Shown here piece by piece: positions 8,032 through 17,596 of a stretch of DNA of 64,000 nucleotides. The notes below the pieces were generated by a model. It did not search any database and was not told where the DNA came from. It worked only from the letters and a program-made list of their open reading frames with translations. How positions within the stretch are numbered: position 1 is the stretch's first letter; every line of letters begins with the position of its first letter. Origin of the DNA: an uncultured Gemmatimonadales bacterium (GTDB lineage Bacteria; Gemmatimonadota; Gemmatimonadetes; Longimicrobiales; Longimicrobiaceae); assembly GCA_963716255.1 (NCBI GenBank), contig OY970303.1, forward strand, positions 4,832,001 to 4,896,000, in the 5' to 3' direction. Both the position numbers and the translations under genes were made by a program.

Positions 8032-10137
8032 TTGACGGAAGCGGAAACCCCGGAGCTGCTGCGCGCCCTCGGCTGGCTGGACCGCCTGCTGGGGAGTGCC
8101 GTGGCCGCCATGCAGGCCGCGCACGGTCCGGAGCACGCCGCCGACCCGTACCGCGGTCTCTACGTGTCGCACCCGCAGGCGGGGGAGCTGGCCGCCCGCG
8201 AGCCGGGGGCGCCGCCGGTCTTCGCCGCGGGGATCCCGCTCGACCTGCCCGGCGCGGACGGCGCCTCGCGGCTGGCGATGCTCCGCGCGCGCGCCGGCTT
8301 CACGGAGCTGGACCTGGGGATCCTGCTGATGGCGCTGGCCCCGGAGCTGGACCTCAAGTACGAGCGCGTGTTCGCCTACCTGCAGGACGACGTGACCCGC
8401 AGGCGGCCCACCGTGGACCTGGCGCTGGGGCTGCTGGCCCCGGCGTGGGAGGACCGCCTGCGCGCCCGCGCCCGCCTGGCCCCTTCGGCCCCCCTGCTGC
8501 GCCACCGCCTGCTGCGCCTGACGGAGGACCCGGGCCACCGCGACCCGACGCTGCTCAGCCGCTACCTGAAGCCCGAGGACCGGGTGGTGGACTTCCTCCT
8601 GGGATCGGACGAGCCGGACCCGCGCCTGGCGCCGTACGCGCGCGCCGTGGAGCCGCGCGCGCGCCTGGACGACCTGCTGCTCCCGGACGCGCTGCGCGAG
8701 CGGTTGCGCGCCCTCGCGGGCGGCGGGGCGGACGCGGTGTTCTACCTGCAGGGGCCGTACGGGGTGGGGAAGCGCTCGGTGGCGGAGGCGGTGTGCGCGG
8801 AGGCGGGGCGGGGGGTGGTGGTCGTGGACGCGGCGCGCCTGGCGGGGCTGGACGCGGCGGCGTTCGACGAGCTGGCGGGCGTGGCGGCCCGCGAAGCGCT
8901 GCTGCGGGGGGCGGCGACGTGCTGGGACGGCTTCGACGCGCTGCTGGCGGACGAGCACAGCGCGCGGCGCGAACGGGTGCTGCGCGAGGCGCGCGGGGGG
9001 GGGATGGTGTTCCTGGCGGGCGAGGCGGGGTGGGACCCGGCGGACGACCTGGCGGGTGTCGCCTTTTACCGGGTGGCGCTGCCGCGGCCGGACCACGCGG
9101 GCCGGGTGAAGCTGTGGGCGGCGCAGCTGAACGGCGACGGCGCGGCGCCGGGGGTGGACGTGGCGGAGCTGGCGAACCGCTTCCGCTTCAGCGGCGGGCA
9201 GATCCGCGACGCGGCGGCGGGCGCGCGCAGCCTGGCCCGGCTGCGCGACCCGGAGCGCGGCCGCCTTTCCATGGAAGACCTGTTCGCGGCGTGCCGCACG
9301 CAGTCCAGCCCGCGGCTGTCGTCGCTGGCGCGCAAGATCGCCCCGCGCTACGGGTGGGACGACATCGTGCTGCCGCCGGACCGGCGCGAGCAGCTGCGCG
9401 AGATCGCCAACTCCATGAAGTACCGCTCGCGGGTGCTGGGGGAATGGGGCTTCGACCGCAAGCTGGCGATGGGCAAGGGGCTCAACGTGCTCTTTTCCGG
9501 GCCGCCGGGGACGGGAAAGACCATGGCGGCGGAGATCGTGGCGGGGGAGCTGGGGCTGGAACTGTTCCGCATCGACCTGTCGGGGGTGGTCAGCAAGTAC
9601 ATCGGCGAGACGGAAAAGAACCTGTCGCACATCTTCGCGGAGGCGGAGACCAGCAGCGCCATCCTCTTCTTCGACGAGGCGGACGCGCTCTTCGGGCGGC
9701 GCAGCGAGGTGCGCGACTCGCACGACCGCTACGCCAACCTGGAGGTGTCGTACCTGCTGCAGCGGATGGAGGAGTACGAGGGGGTGGTGGTGCTGGCCAC
9801 CAACTTCCGCAAGAACATGGACGACGCCTTCGTGCGGCGCATGCACTTCGCGGTGGACTTTCCCTTTCCCTCGGAGCGGGAGCGGCTGCGCATCTGGGAG
9901 GCGGTGTGGCCGGACGAGCTGCCGCGCGACCCGGGGATCGCGCTGGAGGCGGTGGCGCGCCGGCTGGAGATGGCGGGCGGCAACATCCGCAACGTGGCGC
10001 TGGCGGCGGCCTTCCTGGCGGCGGACGACGGCGGCGTGGTGACGGCGGAGCACCTGGTCCGCGCGGCGAGGCGGGAGTACCAGAAGATGGGCAAGGTGGT
10101 GTCGGACGCGGAGTTCGCGGGGCTGGCAAAGAGCTGA
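8032..10137 (+). CDS. eCIS AAA+ ATPase (Afp15/Pvc15-like)
   Basis: ALAPELDLKYERVFAYLQDDVT N-domain, Walker A GPPGTGKT, FFDEADALFG, DRYANLEVSYLLQRME. Start assigned to TTG 8032 because the upstream ORF part lies in R1. Confidence 0.9.
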   Translation: MTEAETPELLRALGWLDRLLGSAVAAMQAAHGPEHAADPYRGLYVSHPQAGELAAREPGAPPVFAAGIPLDLPGADGASRLAMLRARAGFTELDLGILLMALAPELDLKYERVFAYLQDDVTRRRPTVDLALGLLAPAWEDRLRARARLAPSAPLLRHRLLRLTEDPGHRDPTLLSRYLKPEDRVVDFLLGSDEPDPRLAPYARAVEPRARLDDLLLPDALRERLRALAGGGADAVFYLQGPYGVGKRSVAEAVCAEAGRGVVVVDAARLAGLDAAAFDELAGVAAREALLRGAATCWDGFDALLADEHSARRERVLREARGGGMVFLAGEAGWDPADDLAGVAFYRVALPRPDHAGRVKLWAAQLNGDGAAPGVDVAELANRFRFSGGQIRDAAAGARSLARLRDPERGRLSMEDLFAACRTQSSPRLSSLARKIAPRYGWDDIVLPPDRREQLREIANSMKYRSRVLGEWGFDRKLAMGKGLNVLFSGPPGTGKTMAAEIVAGELGLELFRIDLSGVVSKYIGETEKNLSHIFAEAETSSAILFFDEADALFGRRSEVRDSHDRYANLEVSYLLQRMEEYEGVVVLATNFRKNMDDAFVRRMHFAVDFPFPSERERLRIWEAVWPDELPRDPGIALEAVARRLEMAGGNIRNVALAAAFLAADDGGVVTAEHLVRAARREYQKMGKVVSDAEFAGLAKS

Positions 10138-10165
10138 CACGGGTGCCACGAGGGGGAGTCCCCGC

Positions 10166-13100
10166 ATGTCGAAAGAGACCACGGAAAAGCCGGCCGCGCG
10201 CGAGCCGTCCGCGGCCCGCGCGGCCCACGACGACGCCGGGCCGCGGACGGCGGGCCCCGCCGCCGGGGTGATGCGCATGCAGCGGGCGCTGGGGAACGCG
10301 GCGGTGCAGCGCATGCTGGCGCAGCGGGCCGCCGATGCGCCCGCGGGCGAGGTGCCCGCGGAGGTGGAGGACGGGATCCACGCGGCGCGCGGCGGGGGCG
10401 GCTCGCTGGACCCGGGGACGCGCGGGGCGATGGAGTCGGCGCTGGGCGCCGACTTCTCGGGGGTGCGGGTGCACACCGACGCGCGGGCGGACTCGCTGAG
10501 CCGCGCGCTGGGCGCGCGCGCCTTCACCACGGGGCGCGACGTTTTCTTCCGCCAGGGCGAGTTCAGCCCGGCCACGCCCGGCGGCCAGAAGCTGATCGCG
10601 CACGAGCTGACGCACGTGGTGCAGCAGGCGGCCACGCCGGTGCAGCGCCGCCTCACCCTGGGCGCCGAGGGCGACGCCTACGAGCAGGAGGCGGAATCGC
10701 TCGCCGAGCGGGTGGCCGCGGGCTCGGCGGGGGCGGTGGGGATGGGCGGCGGGGCGGGGGTGCAGCGCGCGCCGGCGGTCACGGCTCCCGCGGCGGCCCC
10801 CCCGGCGAAGGAGGCCGGGGCGGCCGCGGGCGATGCGAAGGCGGAGGACAAGAAGGAGCCGGAGAAGAAGGAGGAGGCGCCGCTGGACGCGGCGGCGCTG
10901 ACCAAGCGCATCGTGGACGCGGTCTCACCGGGGCTGACGGGGATGGACTTCAAGACCCGCTGGCCCACGCTGCGCCAGCAGGTCCGCAATCCGAAGACGG
11001 CCGGGGCCAAGCCGGTGGGGCTCCAGGCAAAGTTCCCGGACCTGTACTCCGCGCCGGTGGCGGAGGGGCTCAAGAAGCTGGCGCTCAAGGACCGGGAGGC
11101 GATCGCCGCGGACGCGGAGGCGCAGCTGGGCGCGTCGCTGCTCGCCGGGACCCAGGCGGCGGATCTGCGGACCGAGTACTCCACCACCCTCACCCGCAAC
11201 CTCCGCGAGAACATCGAGGGGGACTTCGCCGGCTACGTGGCCATGCGCCCGGCGCTCCTGGCGACCTTCGGGAGCGTCGCCAAGGCCAACGAGTACTTCG
11301 GCACGCTGGAAAAGGCCGAGTTCCCGTCCGCGGAAACGTCCGTCCGCGGGGCGCGGGGAACGCTGGTGCACCCCAGCCTCAAGGCGCGCCTGAAGAAGGC
11401 GGCGGACGTGCTGCGGACACGCAAGGTGCCCGGCACCGAGCAGAGCTGGATGGAGGTGGTGGAGGCCTCGCTGGGGGAGATCGGCGGCTTCAACCTCCGC
11501 GAGAACCGCAACAACCCCTCGCAGCTCAGCGACCACAGCTTCGGCTGGGCGTTCGACCTGGACACGGAGCTGAACCCCAACGTCAAGGCGCGCCTCTTCC
11601 CCGACACGCTGATGAAGGCGCTCACGGGGGAGGACGTGTACGGCGGCCCCGCGGCGACGGCGCTCCGCGCCGGCGGCACCGTGGACGAGCTCCTTCCGCA
11701 TGCGCGGAAGCTGCGCGGCGCCAGCGACGCCTTCAAGGGCGCGTTCGCCGGCGAGGCGGCGCTGAAGTCCGCCCTGCTCGCGCAGGTGGAGGCGAAGGGG
11801 CTCAAGCTGGACGACACGCAGGCGGCCGCGCTCTTCGCCCTGGTCGCCGCCACGGGGAAGCGCTCGGCGCGGGTCAAGTCCATCGCCGACTTCCTGTCCG
11901 CCGCCAAGCTGGGGCCGCCCAAGCCCGCCGCGGCCGTCCCGGCCGCGACGCCGGCCCCGGCGGGAGCCGCGCCCGCATCGCCCGCCGCCATCCCGGCCGC
12001 CGCCGCGCCCGCCGCCGCGGTTCCCGCGCCCGCGTCGCCGGTGGCGAAGGCCGCCGCCAAGGGAAAGGCGAAGGCGGCGGAAAAGCCGAAGGAGCCCACC
12101 CCGCCTCCGCCTCCCCCGCCGCCCGTGTGGGCGGAGGCGGCCGGGCTGGCGGAGCTGATCGTCTCGGCCTTCGAAGTGCTCGCGGGGTCCTCCAGCGGGG
12201 CGGGCAGGGTGCCGGCGTCCGCCATCGGAAGCGCGTCCACGGTGGCGGCGCACGGGTTCCTCAGCCTCCCCGCGGAGCTGATCGCGGCGCTCACCGGGAG
12301 CGACGGCGGCGGGCTGGAGTGGCTGGGCGCGGTGCGGGGCGGGCGGAGCAAGGACTTCATGCACTTCCAGCTCAAGCCCGCGGACCAGCCCGCGCTGCCC
12401 AAGGAGGCCGGCGCCGCCGGCGCGGCCCCCGTGGCCGAGGAGGAGGAGGAAGCCGCGGCTCCCGCCGCCGCGCCCGCGCCCGCGCCGGCGGCGCCCACGG
12501 TGCAGAAGTCGCCCGACCGGCGCGGCGCGCCGCCCACCCTCCAGCGCGCGGAAGCCGCCGCCGCGCCGGCCGCGGCGGCTCCGGCCCCGGCGCCGCTGGA
12601 CGTGGACGAGGAGGCGCTCCGCGGCGTGCGCGCCGTCACCGCCGAGATCGGCCCGGAGCGCCGGGCCAGCGAGCTGGGCGGGGCGGAGGGCGAGCTGAAG
12701 CGGCGGTGGGAGCAGCGGAAGAGGCAGCTGGAGGAGGTGATCCGCATCTACCAGGGGCGCCCCAGGGCCGCGCTCGCCGAGGCCGACCTGGCCAGGACGC
12801 AGGAACAGGTGGAGGCGACCCCGGACGCGAGCATCCCCCCCGATTTCCGCAGGCAGATCCTGGAGGCGCTCCGCAAGGTGAGGCGTGCCGAGGGCCGGGT
12901 CGCGGAGGCGGAGACGCGGTGGACCGAGTACGACGAGGTGTTCGCCAGCCGCGAGGTGGTGGACATCCTCGCGGGGACGGGCCTCACCCCCGCCGACCTC
13001 AAGGCGATCAGCGCCACCGAGAGCGGCGACCTGCTCAGGAGCGGGAAGAACCCCAGGGGGACGGCCACCGGGATCCTCCAGGTCACCGACTCGACCGTGG

Positions 13101-13573
13101 AGGACCTGAAGGGGAACGTCAGGCAGGACAAGGCGGACCGCAACGACCCGGCGCGGGCGATCCCGCTGGGGGCGCGCGTGCTGGTGCGCAAGGCGGAGGC
13201 GCTGGCGACCGCGCTCAGCCCCATGCCCACCGGCGAGCAGCTGCGCTACTTCCTGTTCGCGTCCTACAACGCGGGGCAGGGGACGCTCCAGGCGGCGCAG
13301 GCCGCGGCGCGGGCCATGAGCCGCGACCCGGCCTCGTGGGCGGAGCTGTGCCGCCCGGGGGAGGGAGCCACGGACGTGGAGCGCATCGAGAGCTCCCCGC
13401 TGGGAAGGGCGATCAACGCCAAGCTGGTCGCGAAGCCGAAGGCCGGGGCAAAGGCCGAGGACGTGGCGAAGTACGAGGACGCGCTCAGGGAAAAGTACCG
13501 GGAGATCAGCACCTACCCCGGCAAGGTGCTCCGCCGCCTGGCGCGGCCCCCCGCGGCGGAAGCGGCGCCGTGA
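10166..13573 (+). CDS. DUF4157 (eCIS core) putative effector with M15-like peptidase and lytic transglycosylase-like domains
   Basis: DFSGVRVHTD...AFTTG...AHELTHVVQQ; R...SDHSFGWAFD...DFMHFQ; TESG...GILQV...ASYNAG. Confidence 0.8.
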   Translation: MSKETTEKPAAREPSAARAAHDDAGPRTAGPAAGVMRMQRALGNAAVQRMLAQRAADAPAGEVPAEVEDGIHAARGGGGSLDPGTRGAMESALGADFSGVRVHTDARADSLSRALGARAFTTGRDVFFRQGEFSPATPGGQKLIAHELTHVVQQAATPVQRRLTLGAEGDAYEQEAESLAERVAAGSAGAVGMGGGAGVQRAPAVTAPAAAPPAKEAGAAAGDAKAEDKKEPEKKEEAPLDAAALTKRIVDAVSPGLTGMDFKTRWPTLRQQVRNPKTAGAKPVGLQAKFPDLYSAPVAEGLKKLALKDREAIAADAEAQLGASLLAGTQAADLRTEYSTTLTRNLRENIEGDFAGYVAMRPALLATFGSVAKANEYFGTLEKAEFPSAETSVRGARGTLVHPSLKARLKKAADVLRTRKVPGTEQSWMEVVEASLGEIGGFNLRENRNNPSQLSDHSFGWAFDLDTELNPNVKARLFPDTLMKALTGEDVYGGPAATALRAGGTVDELLPHARKLRGASDAFKGAFAGEAALKSALLAQVEAKGLKLDDTQAAALFALVAATGKRSARVKSIADFLSAAKLGPPKPAAAVPAATPAPAGAAPASPAAIPAAAAPAAAVPAPASPVAKAAAKGKAKAAEKPKEPTPPPPPPPPVWAEAAGLAELIVSAFEVLAGSSSGAGRVPASAIGSASTVAAHGFLSLPAELIAALTGSDGGGLEWLGAVRGGRSKDFMHFQLKPADQPALPKEAGAAGAAPVAEEEEEAAAPAAAPAPAPAAPTVQKSPDRRGAPPTLQRAEAAAAPAAAAPAPAPLDVDEEALRGVRAVTAEIGPERRASELGGAEGELKRRWEQRKRQLEEVIRIYQGRPRAALAEADLARTQEQVEATPDASIPPDFRRQILEALRKVRRAEGRVAEAETRWTEYDEVFASREVVDILAGTGLTPADLKAISATESGDLLRSGKNPRGTATGILQVTDSTVEDLKGNVRQDKADRNDPARAIPLGARVLVRKAEALATALSPMPTGEQLRYFLFASYNAGQGTLQAAQAAARAMSRDPASWAELCRPGEGATDVERIESSPLGRAINAKLVAKPKAGAKAEDVAKYEDALREKYREISTYPGKVLRRLARPPAAEAAP

Positions 13574-16296
13574 GCGCGTTCGCGTCCGCCCCGCCCGAGG
13601 CGGAGCGCCGCGCCGAGCCGGTCCGCCAGCGTCCCCGCGCGCCCCGGGAGCCCGACGCGGTCTCCGCCGGCCCCGCGCTCGCCCCCGGCGACCTGCGCCT
13701 GGCCCGCGGCGCGCCCCCGCCCCCGGGCGGCGCCGGGGCCGCCTCCGTGCTGCGCCTGCAGCGCGCCCTGGGGAACGCCCGCGTGCAGCGGGCGCTCGCC
13801 GGGCCGGACGCCGCCGCCGCCGCCGCTCCCGAGGCGTACGACCTCGCCCTGGGCGTTCCCGGGCGCGAGCCCGAGCGCCTCGCGGGCGCCTCGCGCGAGG
13901 ACGCGCTGGCCGCGCTGCGCCGCTTCCGCGGGCAGGTGCACGCGCTGGTGGAGGGCGGGCGCGAGGGGCACCGCTACATGCGCGCGCTGCGCGAGGACCA
14001 GTACGTGGTCGGCTTCGTGTCCGACGTCCTGGGCGGCGCTTCCCTGCCGGGAATGGAGATCTGGCAGGACCCGCTCTCCGCCCTGGCGCTCGCCGACGGG
14101 GCGCTCGCCGAGGGCGACGTGGCGGCCGGCGTGCGCCAGCTGCAGCGCGCCGCCGCCGGGTGGCGCGCCGCGCAGGACCGGGTCACGGAGTACACCGAGG
14201 GGACGATCTCCGGGGCCGGGCGCGCCGAGGTGGTGCTGGAGGTGACGGCGGTGGTGGGCGGGGTGGCCGCGTCGCTGGTCACCGGCGGCGCCGTCAGCGG
14301 CCTGCTGCTGGGCACGGCGTACGCCGCGACGCAGACGGTGGCCCGCCAGGGGAGCGAGCTGTCGCTGGGGATGCGCGACCGCATCGACTGGGCGGGAGTC
14401 ACCTTCGATGCGCTGTTCTCGCTGGTCACCTCCAGGATGGGCGGCAGGCTGGGCGAGGGGATCCTCAAGCGGCTCCTCGCCCGGCCGGAGGTGGCCTCGC
14501 TGGGGCGCCGGGTGGTCGCCGAGTCGGTGAGCGAGCTGCTCTCGGGGCAGGCGATCGCCTCGCTGCACATGGCGGCGCGCACCGTGTTCGACAACCTGCG
14601 CGGGGCGGGCGCGCCGGTCACGGTGGGGCAGTTCCTGGAGCAGCTGGGCGCCCACCTCACCGACCCGAAGAGCATGTTCACGGACCTGCTCCTGGGGCAC
14701 GTGCAGCGCAGGCTGGCCGTGCGCGCCGAGGCCAGCCGCGCCGCCCGCGGCGGGCGGTCCACGCCGCCGCCGCCGGAGATGGAGGCCGCCCCGCCCCGCG
14801 CGCCCGACGCGGACGGGCCGGAGGCCGCGTCGCGCACCATGGCGGGGAGCGAGCCGGCGCCGCGCCCCGCGCGGAGCGGCGGGGGCGACGGGGCCGAGCC
14901 GCTGCACGAGATGATGGCGCGCGAGGGGATCCGCCCCGACCTGGCGGAGCCCGGCGCCGGCCCGGGCCTGCGCCCGCACACCGACTACGCGCGCGGCGTG
15001 CGCGACCCGGCCGAGGCGTACGCGCTGTACAACCGCGCGCTCGGCGAGGCAGGCGCGCAGGAGGTGGCCATCTTCCGCAGCGAGCGCGACGGCACGTACG
15101 TGGTGCGCGTGGGCGACCACGGCTCGGTGCGCGCCCCCGCGGGCGAGGGGTGGACCGCCGTGGTCCACTTCCACCCCAACCGCACCGCCGCCGAGCGCTT
15201 CTTCCTCCCCGCGCCCGCCGACTTCCAGGACGTGGCCGCCCGCCGCGGCGACGGCGGCCGCACGGTGCGCGAGTTCGTCGAGTTCCACGTCCCCGGCGCG
15301 GGGCGGGGGCGGGCCGAGTACGGCGCCGACCCCTCCGGCGACCGGCCCTTCTACGTCACCACCCACCACCCGGACGGGACCACCCACACCGCCCGCTTCC
15401 GCAACGTGGACGAGTTCCGCGGCTACTGGGAAAGCCACCACGTGGCCGCGGCGCCGGGATCGGAGCTGCACGCCGCGCTGACGGCGGACGTGGACGCGTA
15501 CCTGGCCGGGCGCCGCCGGGAGCCCGCGGACGGGGAGCGGACCATGGCCGGCTCGGGCGGGACCCGGCGCCCGGACTACGGCGAGGTGGAGCTGGAGCCC
15601 GACACCGGCCCGTCGCTGGACGTGGACCACGGTCCGCGGCCCACGCGCGAGGTGCAGCACCGGGAAATCGACCCCGGCGGGCCCATCCCCAAGCTCCCCA
15701 GGAGCCGCAGGAAGACGAAGCCCACCTTCGGCGACCCCACGGGGGAGGTGGTCGGCACGGGGCAGGGAAAGGGGATGCACCACCGGCTCCTGGATCCCGC
15801 CGAGGTCGCCTACGGCGTCCGCATCCGGTACGACCAGGGGGCGGGCCGCCCCATCAGCGTCGGCTTCCGCATCGACGCCGACGTGGCCGCGCGCTCCGTC
15901 CAGTCGAGCCGCGGCTTCGCGAAGAACGAGTCGGTGGAGGCGGCGCAGCCCAGCGACGGGGGGTTCACCCATTCCGGGTACGAGCGCGGCCACCTGGTGC
16001 AGCGGGAGGCCGTCCGCGGCGACGCCGACATCGAGCGGGCGGCGGACCAGTGGACGGGGGTGGTCCCCATGACCGAGGCGCTGAACCGGGGGCCGGGCTC
16101 CCCCTGGCGGGCCTCGGAGGACCGTGCCATCCGCTGGGCCGCCGCGCACGGCCACGTCACCGTGCACGTGGAGCCCATCTACGACGCGACGCCGCCCAGG
16201 CTCGGCGACCAGACCCCCATCCCCAGCGCCATCCGCCGCGTCATCATGGCGCCCGACGGCACCGTGCTGGAGGATATCACGCACCCGAACCGCTGA
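13570..16296 (+). CDS. Putative eCIS polymorphic effector: hydrophobic hairpin, JAB/MPN-like domain, C-terminal DNA/RNA non-specific (His-Me) endonuclease
   Basis: GTG overlapping the previous TGA; EVAIF...HFHPN...PAPADF; GYERGHLV...NRGPGSPWRASE...IPSA. Confidence 0.75.
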   Translation: MSAFASAPPEAERRAEPVRQRPRAPREPDAVSAGPALAPGDLRLARGAPPPPGGAGAASVLRLQRALGNARVQRALAGPDAAAAAAPEAYDLALGVPGREPERLAGASREDALAALRRFRGQVHALVEGGREGHRYMRALREDQYVVGFVSDVLGGASLPGMEIWQDPLSALALADGALAEGDVAAGVRQLQRAAAGWRAAQDRVTEYTEGTISGAGRAEVVLEVTAVVGGVAASLVTGGAVSGLLLGTAYAATQTVARQGSELSLGMRDRIDWAGVTFDALFSLVTSRMGGRLGEGILKRLLARPEVASLGRRVVAESVSELLSGQAIASLHMAARTVFDNLRGAGAPVTVGQFLEQLGAHLTDPKSMFTDLLLGHVQRRLAVRAEASRAARGGRSTPPPPEMEAAPPRAPDADGPEAASRTMAGSEPAPRPARSGGGDGAEPLHEMMAREGIRPDLAEPGAGPGLRPHTDYARGVRDPAEAYALYNRALGEAGAQEVAIFRSERDGTYVVRVGDHGSVRAPAGEGWTAVVHFHPNRTAAERFFLPAPADFQDVAARRGDGGRTVREFVEFHVPGAGRGRAEYGADPSGDRPFYVTTHHPDGTTHTARFRNVDEFRGYWESHHVAAAPGSELHAALTADVDAYLAGRRREPADGERTMAGSGGTRRPDYGEVELEPDTGPSLDVDHGPRPTREVQHREIDPGGPIPKLPRSRRKTKPTFGDPTGEVVGTGQGKGMHHRLLDPAEVAYGVRIRYDQGAGRPISVGFRIDADVAARSVQSSRGFAKNESVEAAQPSDGGFTHSGYERGHLVQREAVRGDADIERAADQWTGVVPMTEALNRGPGSPWRASEDRAIRWAAAHGHVTVHVEPIYDATPPRLGDQTPIPSAIRRVIMAPDGTVLEDITHPNR

Positions 16297-16320
16297 TCCG
16301 GCAACAGCAACGGCTTTGAA

Positions 16321-16463
16321 CGGCGGGTTCGGGCGTGCCCCCGGCTGGCGCCGGGGTCGGGCTGCGCGCTGCGTAGGGAACGATACCACCGTTCCCAACG
16401 CAGCCGAGCCCCGCCGAAACTGCCCGGCGGGTCTCGGCCCTGCCGGGCGCGCATCCCTCACGC
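16321..16463 (+). repeat. R1 repeat copy 3 (diverged, compensatory changes)
   Basis: Same backbone with stems GCTGCGT/ACGCAGC and GGGAACG/CGTTCCC. Confidence 0.85.
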
Positions 16464-16559
16464 GACGGGCCCCCACCCGGCGGCCTGAGAGCCGCCACCC
16501 TCCCCCGTTCCGGGGGAGGGGAATCTCCACGCTGCGGTTCTCGCCATCACCGTGTCGTG

Positions 16560-16712
16560 CTCCCCCTTTCCCCCGCTCGCGGGGGAGAGGGGGCCGGGGG
16601 GTGAGGGGGCTCCGCCGCCGCCGCTCCGATGCCGAGGTCCCCGGACAACCCTCCCCCAGAATTGGGGGATATAGGGGGAAAGCCGTGCGAGCCTAAGCGA
16701 GCCGGGTGGGGC
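16560..16712. repeat. Repeat family R2 (C/G-tract hairpins + CCCCCAGAATTGGGGG + GCGAGCC..AAGCGAGCCGGGTGGGG)
   Basis: Shares modules with 21833-21965 and 23954-24118. Confidence 0.7.
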
Positions 16713-16737
16713 CCCCGCGGACGCCAGCACCATCCCC

Positions 16738-16877
16738 GCGTGAGGGATTCCGGCCCGAAGGGGCGAGACCCGGCGGGGCTGTTTCCGCCGGGGCTCGACT
16801 CCGTTGGGCTGCGTTGTTTGCAGCCCTACGGAGCCGAAGCCCGACCCCGGCGCCCCGCCGGGGGCACGCCCGAACCC
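16738..16877 (-). repeat. R1 repeat copy 4
   Basis: Reverse-complement copy, inverted relative to copy 3. Confidence 0.9.
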
Positions 16878-16916
16878 TGCCGTTCCCCTCCCGCCGCTGG
16901 ACCCCAGGAAAAATTA

Positions 16917-16958
16917 GGTAAAACGCCCCATGTGGCCGCCCGCCCGACTCCGTAGACT
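16917..16958 (+). promoter_or_regulatory. Putative eCIS promoter 2 (16-bp box + -10 TAGACT)
   Basis: GGTAAAACGCCCCATG-N20-TAGACT, ~40 nt before the DUF4255 ATG. Confidence 0.5.
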
Positions 16959-17000
16959 TGGCGCCACCAGAGGGAACGGAACGGCCACCGGGCGCCAGGG

Positions 17001-17596
17001 ATGATCCACGACCTCGACCGCAGCATCGAAGAGCTCCTCCGGCTGGAGCTGCCCCGGGAGCTGGTGGACCAGGTGACCATCACCTTCGCCACCCCCAACC
17101 ACGAGTTCCCCCTCCCTCGGTGGCCCCGCCCGCGGTGGACCTGTTCCTGTACGACGTGCGGGAGAACCGGGAGCTGCGCAGCAACGAGCCGCGCCTGGAA
17201 CGCCAGCCGGACGGCACCGCCGTGCGCCGCGCCGCCCCCGTTCGCGTGGACTGCTCGTACCTGGTGACCGCGTGGGCGAGCGAGAGCTCCAGCACCGCGT
17301 CGCTGGACGAGCACCGGCTGCTGGGCGAGGTGATGCGCGTGCTGCTGCGCCACCGCACCCTCCCCGAGGCGGTGCTCCAGGGCGCCATGCGCGACCAGGA
17401 CCTGCCGCTCCCCACCTCGTCGCTCCAGCCGGGGCACCTCCAGAACCTGGGGGAGTTCTGGCAGGCGCTGGGCGGACGGCCGCGGGCCGCGCTCAACTAC
17501 ACCGTCACCCTGGCGCTCCAGCTCCAGCCGGAGGAGCCGCTGGGGCCGGTGGTGACGGAGCGGGTGGTCCGCATCCGCCAGGAGACGCCGCGGTGA
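17001..17596 (+). pseudogene. DUF4255/Pvc16-like cap protein, frameshifted at C5 run 17108-17112
   Basis: MIHDLDRSIEELL...FATPNHEF in one frame; PPSVAPPAVDLFLYDVRENRELR...SYLVTAW...DEHRLL...FWQALG..PR in the -1 frame. One extra C fuses them. Confidence 0.75.

Noticed and set aside
12127..13569. Upstream extension of the 1389-aa ORF
   Set aside because: Arg/Gly-rich off-frame overlap with effector 1; the GTGA coupling at 13570 is the plausible start.
16124..16955. Small ORFs after the nuclease effector as immunity genes
   Set aside because: They are translations of R1/R2 repeat sequence, not plausible proteins.
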